This document shows, in pieces, positions 18,224 to 27,541 of a stretch of 64,000 nt of DNA. The notes under the pieces were generated by a model, which was not told the origin of the DNA, ran no database searches, and saw only the letters and a list, made by a program, of their open reading frames with translations. The DNA lies in assembly GCA_963663385.2 (NCBI GenBank), contig CAXXXD010000003.1, positions 480,001 through 544,000 on the forward strand, in the 5' to 3' direction. Positions within the stretch are counted from its first letter, which is position 1. Each line of letters opens with the position of its first letter. Origin of the DNA: Oceanispirochaeta sp. Its GTDB lineage: Bacteria; Spirochaetota; Spirochaetia; DSM-2461. Both the position numbers and the translations under genes were made by a program.

Positions 18224-19732
18224 TTAAGCTTTTTTGGTTTTTCTATATTTTCCGAATACCGCGCGAATAATCGGAGAACATACAGTAAGAATAAGAAACG
18301 CCATCAGCACTGCTGATATGGGTCTCTGAAAGAATATCCAGGGGCTTCCATCAGATATAAGGAAGGACCTCCGGAAATCCCTTTCCAGCGTGGGTGCCAG
18401 AACAAATGCCAGAAGAAGAGGCGCTATCGGGTAGCCGTTTTTTTTCATGACAAATCCGAGGATACCCGAGGCCAGCATCAAACCGACTCCGTAGAGGGAG
18501 TTGCTGGCGCTGTAGGACCCCATGATACAGACAACAGTAATAATAGGGATCATCACTTTAGTCGGAACTTTCAGTATCCTGATCAGAGAAGGGATTATTG
18601 CCAGCGCAACTCCCAGAGTGATGATATTGGCCAGATACAGGGAGGCTATGAGTCCCCAGGTAAATTCCGGCTCATTCTGGAAGAGGAGCGGTCCGGGAGT
18701 AAGGCCGTACATCAGAAGACCGCCCAGGAGGACAGCTCCGGTTCCGGAACCGGGAATTCCCAGAGAGAGTAGAGGAGCGAAAGCTCCGGCCGCTGCCGAG
18801 TTGTTGGCTGCTTCCGCCGCTGCAACGCCTTCTATAACTCCTGTCCCCATAAGGTCTTTCTTCCTGCCCACCCTCTTTTCCAGCATATATCCGAGGAAGG
18901 AACCTGTAGTGGCACCGGCTCCGGGCAGGACCCCGATGAAGGTTCCCAGAAAGCTGGATCTGAGTGAGGGACCGAGAATCCGTTTGAACTCCCCTTTACT
19001 GAGAGTACTGTCTTTCAGGGAGAGCTTTTTCTGCTCGAATTCGGTCACTTTATTTCTGGTTTCCATCATCTCAATAACCTGTGAAAATCCGAATGCTCCT
19101 ATAACGAGGGGAATAAAACTGATACCTCCCAAAAGGTGAAGAGAGCCGAAATCGTAGCGGGGAGTACCCACGACAATATCAAATCCGATAGTAGCCAGTA
19201 CTATGCCGATCATAGTGGCGACGAGTCCCTTAGTGGGATTACCTCCCAGAAGCCATCCCAGTGAGGTCATGGCAACCATAAGGAGAGCTGCCATTTCTAC
19301 AGGTCCGAACTTCAGACCGATCCTTGCCAGACCGGGACCGATTATTGTCAGGATGATGATTCCGATGGTTCCGCCTATAAAGGAAGCTAAATTCGATGCA
19401 AAAAGGGCTTTTCCGGGCTTTCCTTTCTGGGCCAGAGGGTAGCCGTCCAGGGCTGTCATGACAGCGGGGCTGTCACCGGGGATATTTATCAGAATAGCGC
19501 TGTAGGATCCGCCGTACATATTGGCATAGTATATGGCGGACAGCATTATGATTCCCGTAACAGGATTGAATTTGAAGGTCAGAGGGAGAAGCAGGGCTAC
19601 TCCGGCCAGGGAACCGATACCGGGCATGGCACCCACGGCAAGGCCGAGAAGAGCGCCGACAGCCGCCGCAAGAAGGTTTTGAAACGAGAGGGCTATCTGA
19701 AACCCCTGTAAAAGTAATTGTAATGTTTCCAT
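18224..19732 (-). CDS. tctA: Tripartite tricarboxylate transporter large permease
   Basis: GAMPGIG, YGGSYSAILINIPG, EAANN, LGIPGS, PGPLLF. Confidence 0.94.
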   Translation of the reverse strand: METLQLLLQGFQIALSFQNLLAAAVGALLGLAVGAMPGIGSLAGVALLLPLTFKFNPVTGIIMLSAIYYANMYGGSYSAILINIPGDSPAVMTALDGYPLAQKGKPGKALFASNLASFIGGTIGIIILTIIGPGLARIGLKFGPVEMAALLMVAMTSLGWLLGGNPTKGLVATMIGIVLATIGFDIVVGTPRYDFGSLHLLGGISFIPLVIGAFGFSQVIEMMETRNKVTEFEQKKLSLKDSTLSKGEFKRILGPSLRSSFLGTFIGVLPGAGATTGSFLGYMLEKRVGRKKDLMGTGVIEGVAAAEAANNSAAAGAFAPLLSLGIPGSGTGAVLLGGLLMYGLTPGPLLFQNEPEFTWGLIASLYLANIITLGVALAIIPSLIRILKVPTKVMIPIITVVCIMGSYSASNSLYGVGLMLASGILGFVMKKNGYPIAPLLLAFVLAPTLERDFRRSFLISDGSPWIFFQRPISAVLMAFLILTVCSPIIRAVFGKYRKTKKA

Positions 19733-19737
19733 AAATC

Positions 19738-20187
19738 TCAACCTGTTATTGCGTTATAGATTAAGCCCGCCGGAAAGGGGACTCTGAGCCAGAGGACAAA
19801 TATCCCATAGAGGGAAAGGACCGTAATGGTCCCGGTCACAAGGGAAAATCTCAGGCTGTATTTTTCAAACCATTTCAACCAGCCGAATACAAAAAGCATT
19901 AATGCCGGAAAAAAACCGATAATCATGGCTGCGATGATTATTCCCGTTGCAGCCAGAAGCGGGTAGATATGCTCACGGAAGTATCCGGGGGAATCTTTCC
20001 CTCTTTCATCCAGAATCGCAAGTATGCTGATACCGGACAGAATCAGTCCTATGATGGATGGAAAGAAACCGCTGGCAGGACCGTTGTCACTCCACCATCC
20101 GTATTTCGTGATTCCAAGAACTACCCAGACAATTCCCGTAACGAATGTCAATGCGGGTAGAATCATTCTGGAATTTATTTTCTTCAT
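19738..20187 (-). CDS. tctB: Tripartite tricarboxylate transporter small permease
   Basis: GP.SGFFP motif, 4-5 TM segments, C-term L.VPFP.G; AAGGAG RBS. Confidence 0.88.
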   Translation of the reverse strand: MKKINSRMILPALTFVTGIVWVVLGITKYGWWSDNGPASGFFPSIIGLILSGISILAILDERGKDSPGYFREHIYPLLAATGIIIAAMIIGFFPALMLFVFGWLKWFEKYSLRFSLVTGTITVLSLYGIFVLWLRVPFPAGLIYNAITG

Positions 20188-20238
20188 CAAATCTCCTTGT
20201 GCAGAGCATTAGAAATTCCGGCTGATATTTTGATAGTG

Positions 20239-20316
20239 TATTGTATACCATATCCAAAATACACCTGAAGTATAGCCCTGCTTTTTTCAGCTGTCAAGTA
20301 AAAATTGTATACCATT
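20239..20316 (-). promoter_or_regulatory. tctBAC promoter flanked by two operator copies
   Basis: TTGACA (20297-20292)-N17-TATACT (20274-20269); TTGTATACCA at 20241 and 20305. Confidence 0.7.
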
Positions 20317-20576
20317 GGAAGAATTTTTTTAAGGTACAAAAAAGGCTGTATGAAAAATAAGTCAAAGAATCGCCTAAACATTATAAAATAAGTCTCCTAT
20401 TAAGGATAACTTAGGATTAATAATTTTTATATGTTTGCAATATAAGGAAATACTGGTTGGTAGCGAATGACCTTGAAATGGAGGAGTACAGGGTTGCCAG
20501 GGGGGTGAATAATCTTTTTCAAGGTATTGTTCTGGTCTCATTGAGTCTGTGGAGTGATGGCTTCTCCAAAAAAGTA

Positions 20577-20605
20577 TTGACAATAAGTTAAAATAGTATA
20601 CAATG
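20577..20605 (+). promoter_or_regulatory. Catabolic operon promoter with operator overlapping the -10
   Basis: TTGACA (20577)-N16-TACAAT (20599); TAGTATACAA overlaps the -10. Confidence 0.7.
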
Positions 20606-20700
20606 TGCAATGTGAGTGTAGGTAAGAGAATTCCGGCAGAATTCAAATAGAATCATACGGAGACAGTCCGGATTGTCCGTTCTGTCAGGGAGTAAATTAT

Positions 20701-21687
20701 ATGAACAGGAAAATAGCATTCATGATCGGCGATCCCGCGGGCATAGGCCCCGAGATAACCGCCAAATGTCTGAGCGCCTACAAACCCCATTCAGGTATTT
20801 CCATTCTTCTGGTGGGAGACAGGAAGAGTTTTGACAGGGCTTTGGGCATTACAGGAATTTCCCTTTCCTTTGAAGAAGTTGATAAAGCCGGAATCGTGAA
20901 GAATGACGCGCCTCTCCAGTTTCTGGATATTCCGGTTGAAAGGGGAGAGGAAATCCCTTTTGGAGAAGTTTCCGCAGAAGCGGGCGCCATGGTGTACAAA
21001 TCGCTGAAGACGATACTGGCTCTGGTGGATGATGATCTGGTGCAGGGATTTGTTTTTGCTCCTTTTAACAAGGAAGCCCTGAAAAAGGGCGGATGTCCTT
21101 TCAGCAGTGAGCTGGAAATGTATAAAGCTCACTTCAACCGCCCCGATGTGAATGGTGAAATCAACTACCTGGAACCTTTCTGGGCTAACCGGGTGACCAG
21201 CCATATCGCGGTCAAGGACATTCCCTCCTTCATAAAAAAAGACCGGATACTGGAAACGATCTCTTTTCTTGATACGGAAATGGAACGGTTCGGTGTGGAA
21301 GAAAGAAAAATTGCTGTGGCAGCTCTTAATCCCCATGGGGGAGAGAAGGGGCTGTTCGGAACGGAAGAGATAGATGAAATACGTCCTGCCGTGGAGGAAG
21401 CCCGGAAATCCGGAATATCGGTAGATGGGCCTTTTCCGGCTGATACTATCTTTCTGAAGGTTCGGAAAGGGGAGTATAACGCTGTGGTTTCCATGTATCA
21501 CGATCAGGGCCAGGTGGCAACCAAACTGATCGGGTTTGATAAGGGTGTGACTGTACACGGGGGAATGCCTGTTGCCATAGCAACCTGTGCACACGGCACG
21601 GCATTCGATATTGCCGGAACGGGCAAGGCCGATGCCAACGCCCTTATGCAGGCTTTGAAACTGGTCCTTTCATCAGTTATTGAGTAA
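20701..21687 (+). CDS. PdxA-family decarboxylating dehydrogenase (divergent, catabolic)
   Basis: GDPAGIGPE, LNPHGGE, GPFPADT, MYHDQG, HGTAFDIAG. Confidence 0.9.
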   Translation: MNRKIAFMIGDPAGIGPEITAKCLSAYKPHSGISILLVGDRKSFDRALGITGISLSFEEVDKAGIVKNDAPLQFLDIPVERGEEIPFGEVSAEAGAMVYKSLKTILALVDDDLVQGFVFAPFNKEALKKGGCPFSSELEMYKAHFNRPDVNGEINYLEPFWANRVTSHIAVKDIPSFIKKDRILETISFLDTEMERFGVEERKIAVAALNPHGGEKGLFGTEEIDEIRPAVEEARKSGISVDGPFPADTIFLKVRKGEYNAVVSMYHDQGQVATKLIGFDKGVTVHGGMPVAIATCAHGTAFDIAGTGKADANALMQALKLVLSSVIE

Positions 21688-21698
21688 AGGGGGACCAT

Positions 21699-22505
21699 AT
21701 GGCTATAAAACTCGCACTGGCCGTGGCTCCCGAAAATGCCCTGATGTCAGCTTTCGTGGTTTTCAGGGACAGACTCGATGTGAGCCTGAAGAAGGCGGCA
21801 GAACTGGGATATGACGGGGTTGAACTGGCTCTGCTCAGAAAAGACCAGGTCAATCTGACCGAAGTTAAAAGAATTCTGAAGGAAACCGGACTGGAAATCC
21901 CTATGGTTTCCACCGGACAGATTTTTGCAGATACGGGAGTGAATTTCACCCATCCCGATAGGGACAAAAGAGAGAAAGCCCTTTCGGATTTTATGGGGCT
22001 TATGGAAGTGGCTGCTGAACTGGGAAGCCTGATCAACATAGGGCGGCTCAGAGGGGAACTGCATGAAGGCAGTCCTTCGGAAGAGTATTTCATGGATTGT
22101 ATGGCTAAAGCGATGGACCGGGCGGATGAACTGGGTGTCTCTGTGGTGCTTGAACCGGTCAACCGCTATGAAATTAATTTTCTCAATACCTGTGAGCAGT
22201 GTGCTGATGTCATCCGTACACTGGGAAGAAAAAATCTGGGTATGATGCCCGATGTGTTTCATATGAATATTGAGGATCCCTCCATAGAAGGTTCCCTCTG
22301 GAAATATGCGGAACATGCAAAGTATATCCACCTGGCCGACTCCAACAGATGGGCTCCCGGACGGGGGCATCTGAATTTCCAGAGCATTATCTCCACATTG
22401 AAACAGATCGGGTATGAGGGGTGGGTCTCTGCCGAAATCCTGCCTTTCCCGGATCCGGATGTAGCCGCCTATGAGGCTGTTAATACCATCCGGAAGTATC
22501 TGTAG
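21699..22505 (+). CDS. Sugar isomerase/epimerase, TIM barrel (IolO / ketose 3-epimerase-like)
   Basis: GYDGVE, LEPVNRYE, DVFHMNIE, HLADSNR.APG.GH, SAE. Confidence 0.88.
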   Translation: MAIKLALAVAPENALMSAFVVFRDRLDVSLKKAAELGYDGVELALLRKDQVNLTEVKRILKETGLEIPMVSTGQIFADTGVNFTHPDRDKREKALSDFMGLMEVAAELGSLINIGRLRGELHEGSPSEEYFMDCMAKAMDRADELGVSVVLEPVNRYEINFLNTCEQCADVIRTLGRKNLGMMPDVFHMNIEDPSIEGSLWKYAEHAKYIHLADSNRWAPGRGHLNFQSIISTLKQIGYEGWVSAEILPFPDPDVAAYEAVNTIRKYL

Positions 22506-22516
22506 AGGAGAAGATC

Positions 22517-22903
22517 ATGAAATTTTCTGCAGAACACTGGGGGATCATGGCTGAAGATCCGGCAAAACTTGCTTCCTGGTATCGTAATGTTCTCGGTTTT
22601 GAGCATCTGTTCGTTCCCGAGGGGAAAAAGTTTCCTGTTTTTATCAAAGATGGTAACGGTCTCATTATTGAATTCTTTCCCATGAATCCGGAAATTATTA
22701 AGCCCGATGATCAGGTAAGGAAGATGCAGCATCTCAGCCTCTCTGTTACGGATTTTGAAGAAGCAGTGAACTACCTGAAAGAGCAGGGAGTGGAATTCCG
22801 GGAACAGGTCATCAATCTGTTCATGGATGCCAGGGCGCTTTTCTTTCAGGATCCTGAAGGGAACTGGATTCACCTTATCCACAGGCCCGTAATGCCCTGG
22901 TAA
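22517..22903 (+). CDS. VOC (glyoxalase-like) family protein
   Basis: H..I, WY..VLGF, HLSL.V.D, FFQDPEGN. Confidence 0.88.
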   Translation: MKFSAEHWGIMAEDPAKLASWYRNVLGFEHLFVPEGKKFPVFIKDGNGLIIEFFPMNPEIIKPDDQVRKMQHLSLSVTDFEEAVNYLKEQGVEFREQVINLFMDARALFFQDPEGNWIHLIHRPVMPW

Positions 22904-22924
22904 ATTATATTTTTGGAGTAATCT

Positions 22925-23776
22925 ATGAAAAAACTAACAGCGGAAGAGCTGCAGAACCTGGCTCAGAAATTCCGCATAGATATTATAAAAACACTGCACG
23001 AAAAAGGATCCGGTCACTGGGGCGGTTCTTCTTCAGTCGCCGATATTCTGACAACTCTGTACTTTGACAGAATCAATGTAGATCCCGATAACCCGGATTG
23101 GGACGAACGGGACAGAATCGTCTTGAGTAAAGGCCATGCCGCCCCGATCCTCTACCGGGTTCTGCAGGAAAAAGGATTTTTCCGGGAGGGACAGAACATC
23201 TCTCAACTGCGGGATATCAACAGTCCTCTGCAGGGACACCCCTGTATGCGGAAAACCCCCGGAGTCGATATGTCAACCGGAGCACTGGGACACGGCCTTT
23301 CCGTTGGTCTGGGGATGAGCCTGATGGCTGAAAAAGCAGCCAACCCCTGGTGGACCTATGTTATCGTGGGCGAAGGCTGCCTTCAGGAAGGTACGAGCTG
23401 GGAAGCTATTATGGCTGCGGGCAAGTTCGCTCCTACCCGTCTGTGTCTGATTGTTGACTATAACAAGGTTCAGCTGGACGGCACCTGCGATGAGATTATG
23501 CCGATGGATCCTCTGGCCGACAAGTTCAGAGCCTTCAACTGGAATGTCGCAGAAACATCCTATAACGGACATGATGTTAATGAGATCCGGAAGTCCTTTG
23601 CCTGGCTTGATGAGCAGAAAACCGGTCCTTCGGTTATCATTTACGATACGGTTAAAGGAAAGGGGGTTTCCTTTATGGAGAACACCAATACCTGGCATGG
23701 CGCTCCTGTACAGGACGAACACCTAGAAAAGGCTCTTCCCGAACTGGAAGCGATCCTGAAAGAGAAGGGGGAGTAA
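22925..23776 (+). CDS. Transketolase, N-terminal (TPP-binding) subunit
   Basis: SGHWGG, LSKGHA, LQGHP, GEGCLQEG...DYN, KGKGVSFME. Confidence 0.93.
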   Translation: MKKLTAEELQNLAQKFRIDIIKTLHEKGSGHWGGSSSVADILTTLYFDRINVDPDNPDWDERDRIVLSKGHAAPILYRVLQEKGFFREGQNISQLRDINSPLQGHPCMRKTPGVDMSTGALGHGLSVGLGMSLMAEKAANPWWTYVIVGEGCLQEGTSWEAIMAAGKFAPTRLCLIVDYNKVQLDGTCDEIMPMDPLADKFRAFNWNVAETSYNGHDVNEIRKSFAWLDEQKTGPSVIIYDTVKGKGVSFMENTNTWHGAPVQDEHLEKALPELEAILKEKGE

Positions 23777-23778
23777 GC

Positions 23779-24705
23779 ATGAGCAAAGCAATGAGAGAAG
23801 CCCTTGGAGAGGCACTCGTTAAAATAGGAAAAACCAACGATAAGCTTATGGTTCTGGATGCGGATGTATCCAGCAGTACAAAAACCGGACTGTTCGGCAA
23901 GGCATTTCCCGATCGTTTTTTCAATATGGGGGTAGCGGAAGCCAATATGGCCGGAACAGCCGCGGGTATGGCTGCCTGCGGTTACCGTCCGGTAATCAGC
24001 GCCTTCGCTATCTTTCTGGCCCTGAAGTCTACCGATCAGATCCGGAATGTCATCAGCTATAATAATCTTCCTGTCATTATCGCCGGCGGGTATGCCGGTT
24101 TGTCCGACTCATTTGACGGCGCCAGCCATCAGGCTCTTACGGATATTGCCATAATGCGGGCCTTTCCCAATATGACAGTAATAGTACCCGCCGATGCGCA
24201 GCAGGTTGAAGAAGCTGTGGAAGAAGCCCTGAAAATTGACGGTCCCGTTTATCTCCGGCTCTGCCGCAACCCCACACCCGAAGTAGCCGGGAAAAAGCCT
24301 CTGAAAATCGGGAAAGCCGATCTACTGGCAGAAGGGGCGGATGTAACCATTACAGCCTGTGGCGTTACCGTACCCATGGCTCTGGAAGCAGCCGAGGCTC
24401 TGAAAAAAGAAGGAGTAACAGCGGATGTGATAAATATGGCTACGATTAAACCCCTGGACCGTGATGCGGTGATCAGATCGGTTAAAAAAACCGGCTGCCT
24501 CCTCTCTGTTGAAGAGCACTCTGTCATGGGTGGTCTGGGAAGCGCTGTCAGTGAAGTTCTTGCAAGGGAGTATCCCGTACCCATGGATTTTGTGGGAGTG
24601 GACGATACCTTCACCGAATCGGGTCCCTATAACGAACTGATGGCAAAATACGGCGTCAGTGTGGAAGCTATCTGCAGCAAGGCAAAGGCTCTGGCTGCAA
24701 GATAA
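23779..24705 (+). CDS. Transketolase, C-terminal subunit
   Basis: GVAEANM, DGASHQ, GPVYLRL, KPLD, EEH..GGLG. Confidence 0.93.
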   Translation: MSKAMREALGEALVKIGKTNDKLMVLDADVSSSTKTGLFGKAFPDRFFNMGVAEANMAGTAAGMAACGYRPVISAFAIFLALKSTDQIRNVISYNNLPVIIAGGYAGLSDSFDGASHQALTDIAIMRAFPNMTVIVPADAQQVEEAVEEALKIDGPVYLRLCRNPTPEVAGKKPLKIGKADLLAEGADVTITACGVTVPMALEAAEALKKEGVTADVINMATIKPLDRDAVIRSVKKTGCLLSVEEHSVMGGLGSAVSEVLAREYPVPMDFVGVDDTFTESGPYNELMAKYGVSVEAICSKAKALAAR

Positions 24706-24773
24706 ATCAAAACAGAAAAACAGCAGAGTGTTACCGCAGGGAATGCTCTAAAGCTGTAAAAACAGGAATTGAG

Positions 24774-26048
24774 ATGAATAATATTGAAAAAGCACAGGCT
24801 ATGTTAAGAGAATTTAAAGGCGAAAATTACCTTTTCGGGGCGGGCGTTCTACCGGAAGTCGGAGCTGCAGCAAAAAAGATAGGCTCGAAAGCGATTATTA
24901 TCCGGGACAATTTCCCCGGGGCGGATGACTTTGTCGGAACCATCCGTTCCTCCCTGGAAAAATCCGGTGTGGAGATAGTTGGGGAAGAGAACGGCGCCAG
25001 ACCGAACTGTCCTCTGGAAGATCTGGAAAGGATTACGGGGGCGCTGAAAGAATCCGGAGCAGATATTATTGTCAGTTTCGGAGGGGGAAGCACAATCGAT
25101 GCAGCCAAGGCGGCAGAAGTTCTGAGAACCCTGGGCGGAACCATTGAGGATTATTTCGGTGTCGGACTGGTCAGCAAAGCCTGTGAAGAGAAAGGGATTA
25201 CCCTGACTCCCCATATTGCAGTGGAGACGGTTGCTTCTTCGGGAGCTCATCTTACCAAGTACTCCAATATTACCGATGTTGAAACAGGTCAGAAAAAACT
25301 GGTTGTAGACCCCGCCATTGTTCCTTCCCATCCTGTTTTTGATTATGAAGTAACCTATAGTCTTCCCAAAGGTGTATCAATGGACGGCGGACTGGACGGA
25401 ATCGCCCACTGTCTGGAAGTTTTCTACAGTGCAGTCGGGACTGACGGTTATGAAAAGAGTAGAGAGATTGCCGAAGTGGGAATCTCCCTGGTTGTTGAGT
25501 ATCTTCCCCGGGTCATTAACGATCCGAGAGACACTGAGGCCCGGAATGCCCTGTGTCTGGCTACGGATATGGGCGGTTACGCCATTATGGTGGGCGGTAC
25601 CAACGGCGGTCATCTGACCAGTTTCTCTCTGGTTGATGTCCTCTCCCACGGCCGGGCCTGCGCCATTATGAATCCCTACTACTCCGTTTTCTTTGCTCCG
25701 GCGGTAGAGAAAGAGCTGAGAATCGTTGGGAATATTTTTAAGAAGTACGGTTATTCCGATGTGGATTTCGAATCTCTCAGTGGAAAAGAGCTGGGAGAAG
25801 CGGCCGCCCAGGCAATGTTCGGTCTGGCAGAGGCGGTAGACTTTCCCCTGACCCTGGGAGAGGTGGACGGATTTACGGATGCTCATATCGAGAGAGCATT
25901 GACGGCTGCCAAAAACCCTCAGCTGAAGATGAAACTGCAGAATATGCCTGTTCCCCTGAATGCTGATCTGATCGATGACTATATGGGACCCATTCTGCAG
26001 GCGGCTAAAACGGGAGATCTCTCTCTCATAAAAAGTTTGAACGTTTAA
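24774..26048 (+). CDS. Iron-containing alcohol dehydrogenase family protein
   Basis: GGGSTIDAAK, DGIAHCLE, GH...HG metal ligands. Confidence 0.88.
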   Translation: MNNIEKAQAMLREFKGENYLFGAGVLPEVGAAAKKIGSKAIIIRDNFPGADDFVGTIRSSLEKSGVEIVGEENGARPNCPLEDLERITGALKESGADIIVSFGGGSTIDAAKAAEVLRTLGGTIEDYFGVGLVSKACEEKGITLTPHIAVETVASSGAHLTKYSNITDVETGQKKLVVDPAIVPSHPVFDYEVTYSLPKGVSMDGGLDGIAHCLEVFYSAVGTDGYEKSREIAEVGISLVVEYLPRVINDPRDTEARNALCLATDMGGYAIMVGGTNGGHLTSFSLVDVLSHGRACAIMNPYYSVFFAPAVEKELRIVGNIFKKYGYSDVDFESLSGKELGEAAAQAMFGLAEAVDFPLTLGEVDGFTDAHIERALTAAKNPQLKMKLQNMPVPLNADLIDDYMGPILQAAKTGDLSLIKSLNV

Positions 26049-26071
26049 AACTGCATAATATTTTACCCATT

Positions 26072-26109
26072 GAACCGGAGCTCTCTCCTCCTCTTGAGAG
26101 CTCCGGTTC
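26072..26109 (+). other. 14-bp perfect intercistronic hairpin with pyrimidine loop
   Basis: GAACCGGAGCTCTC-tcctcctctt-GAGAGCTCCGGTTC; only a weak U tail. Confidence 0.7.
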
Positions 26110-26161
26110 TTCAGCATAAGGGGAGTTTATCAGCCCTGATTTCCAAGGAGATAATACAAAG

Positions 26162-27541
26162 ATGATTAAAACAGATTTTCCAATCGGTCCTGAAAAAGAC
26201 GGACTGAAGCTGCCTGACGGGACGGATATCCTGAGGATGCCCCATCCTCCCAGACTGGATGACTATGCTTCTGCTGTTCGGCAGTCCCTTGCAGAACCTG
26301 TTGCATCAGAACGGCTGGAACAGATAATCCGCTCCAAAACTGCCGGAGGGAAAAGTGTAAACGAACTGTCCGCCTGTATTGTCATATCCGACAGCACCCG
26401 TCCCGTTCCCTACAAGGGAGAACAGGGCATTCTCTGGCCTCTGGCGGATATCCTGCTGAAAGAGGGAGTCGAGCCTGAGAATATCCTGGTTCTGGTTGCA
26501 ACAGGCACGCACCGGGCGCAGACTGAGGAAGAGCTGCGGGATATGCTGGATACCCGTATCTTTGAAAATGGCATCCGGGTTGCCAACCATGACTGTACCA
26601 ATGAACAGGCGCTGGTGAACCTCGGCACAACAAGCAAGGGCGGTAACATTATTATCAACCGGGATTATATGGAGAGCGATATCAGGATCCTGACCGGGCT
26701 GGTGGAAAGTCATTTTATGGCCGGTGCCTCGGGTGGGCGTAAGTCCATCTGTCCCGGTTTGATAGGGGAGGAGAGCACCTTTGTTTTTCACGGGGCTCCC
26801 ATGCTGGCCCATGAGAATTCCCGGGCCCTGCTTCTGGACGGCAATCCCTGCCATGAAGAGTCCAAAGAGATGGCTCTGAAAGCCGGGGCTGATTTTATCT
26901 GCAATGTCACTCTGGATGGGGATTTCAACCTGACCGGTGTGTTCTCGGGGGATCTGATAAAAGCCCATGAAGCGGCTGTGGAACATCTGAAAAGCTATAC
27001 CGCTATTCCCGTTGATAAAAAATACGACATTGTTGTAAGTCATGGCGGATTTGTAGGGATAAATCACTATCAGGTTGCCAAAGCCGGAGTGGAAGCTTCC
27101 CGAATTGTCAGGGAGAACGGTTATGTTCTGATCGGCGGTGACAATACCGATACGGATCCGGTGGGGTCCATTTACTACCGGACCGCCCTGCAGCTGCTGA
27201 AAATTCAGGGGACTGAGAACTTTGAGAAGATCCTGACTTCCCCGGACTGGGCTTTTATTCTGGAGCAGTGGCAGGTTCAGATGTGGACCAAACTGTTCAA
27301 ACTGATTCCACAGGACCACTTCTACTATTTTGCCCCCCAGTTTTCGGATGGGGAGTATATGGTGTGCGCCGGAGAGGATATGAGAAAGCTCAGCGGATCC
27401 GATTCAGCCTCCATCCCGGAACAAATCTCCCTGGCATTGGAAAACCTTATTGAAAAGGTTAAGCTGGAAACAGGCAGAGAAGAAGTCTCTGTCTGCTGGA
27501 TGGCCGACGGGCCCTATGGAGTGCCCCTGTATGAAAACTGA
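26162..27541 (+). CDS. LarA-family nickel-pincer alpha-hydroxyacid racemase/epimerase
   Basis: SDSTRP, ATGTHR, NHD, ESHFMAGASGGRKSICPG, FH, YQ..K. Confidence 0.88.
   Translation: MIKTDFPIGPEKDGLKLPDGTDILRMPHPPRLDDYASAVRQSLAEPVASERLEQIIRSKTAGGKSVNELSACIVISDSTRPVPYKGEQGILWPLADILLKEGVEPENILVLVATGTHRAQTEEELRDMLDTRIFENGIRVANHDCTNEQALVNLGTTSKGGNIIINRDYMESDIRILTGLVESHFMAGASGGRKSICPGLIGEESTFVFHGAPMLAHENSRALLLDGNPCHEESKEMALKAGADFICNVTLDGDFNLTGVFSGDLIKAHEAAVEHLKSYTAIPVDKKYDIVVSHGGFVGINHYQVAKAGVEASRIVRENGYVLIGGDNTDTDPVGSIYYRTALQLLKIQGTENFEKILTSPDWAFILEQWQVQMWTKLFKLIPQDHFYYFAPQFSDGEYMVCAGEDMRKLSGSDSASIPEQISLALENLIEKVKLETGREEVSVCWMADGPYGVPLYEN

Noticed and set aside
20374..20646. 90-aa ORF in the tct/pdxA intergenic region
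   Set aside because: Overlaps promoters and operators, has no RBS and no protein-like features
20701..21687. Vitamin B6 biosynthetic pdxA
   Set aside because: Catabolic context, no pdxJ nearby, and substrate-binding residues differ
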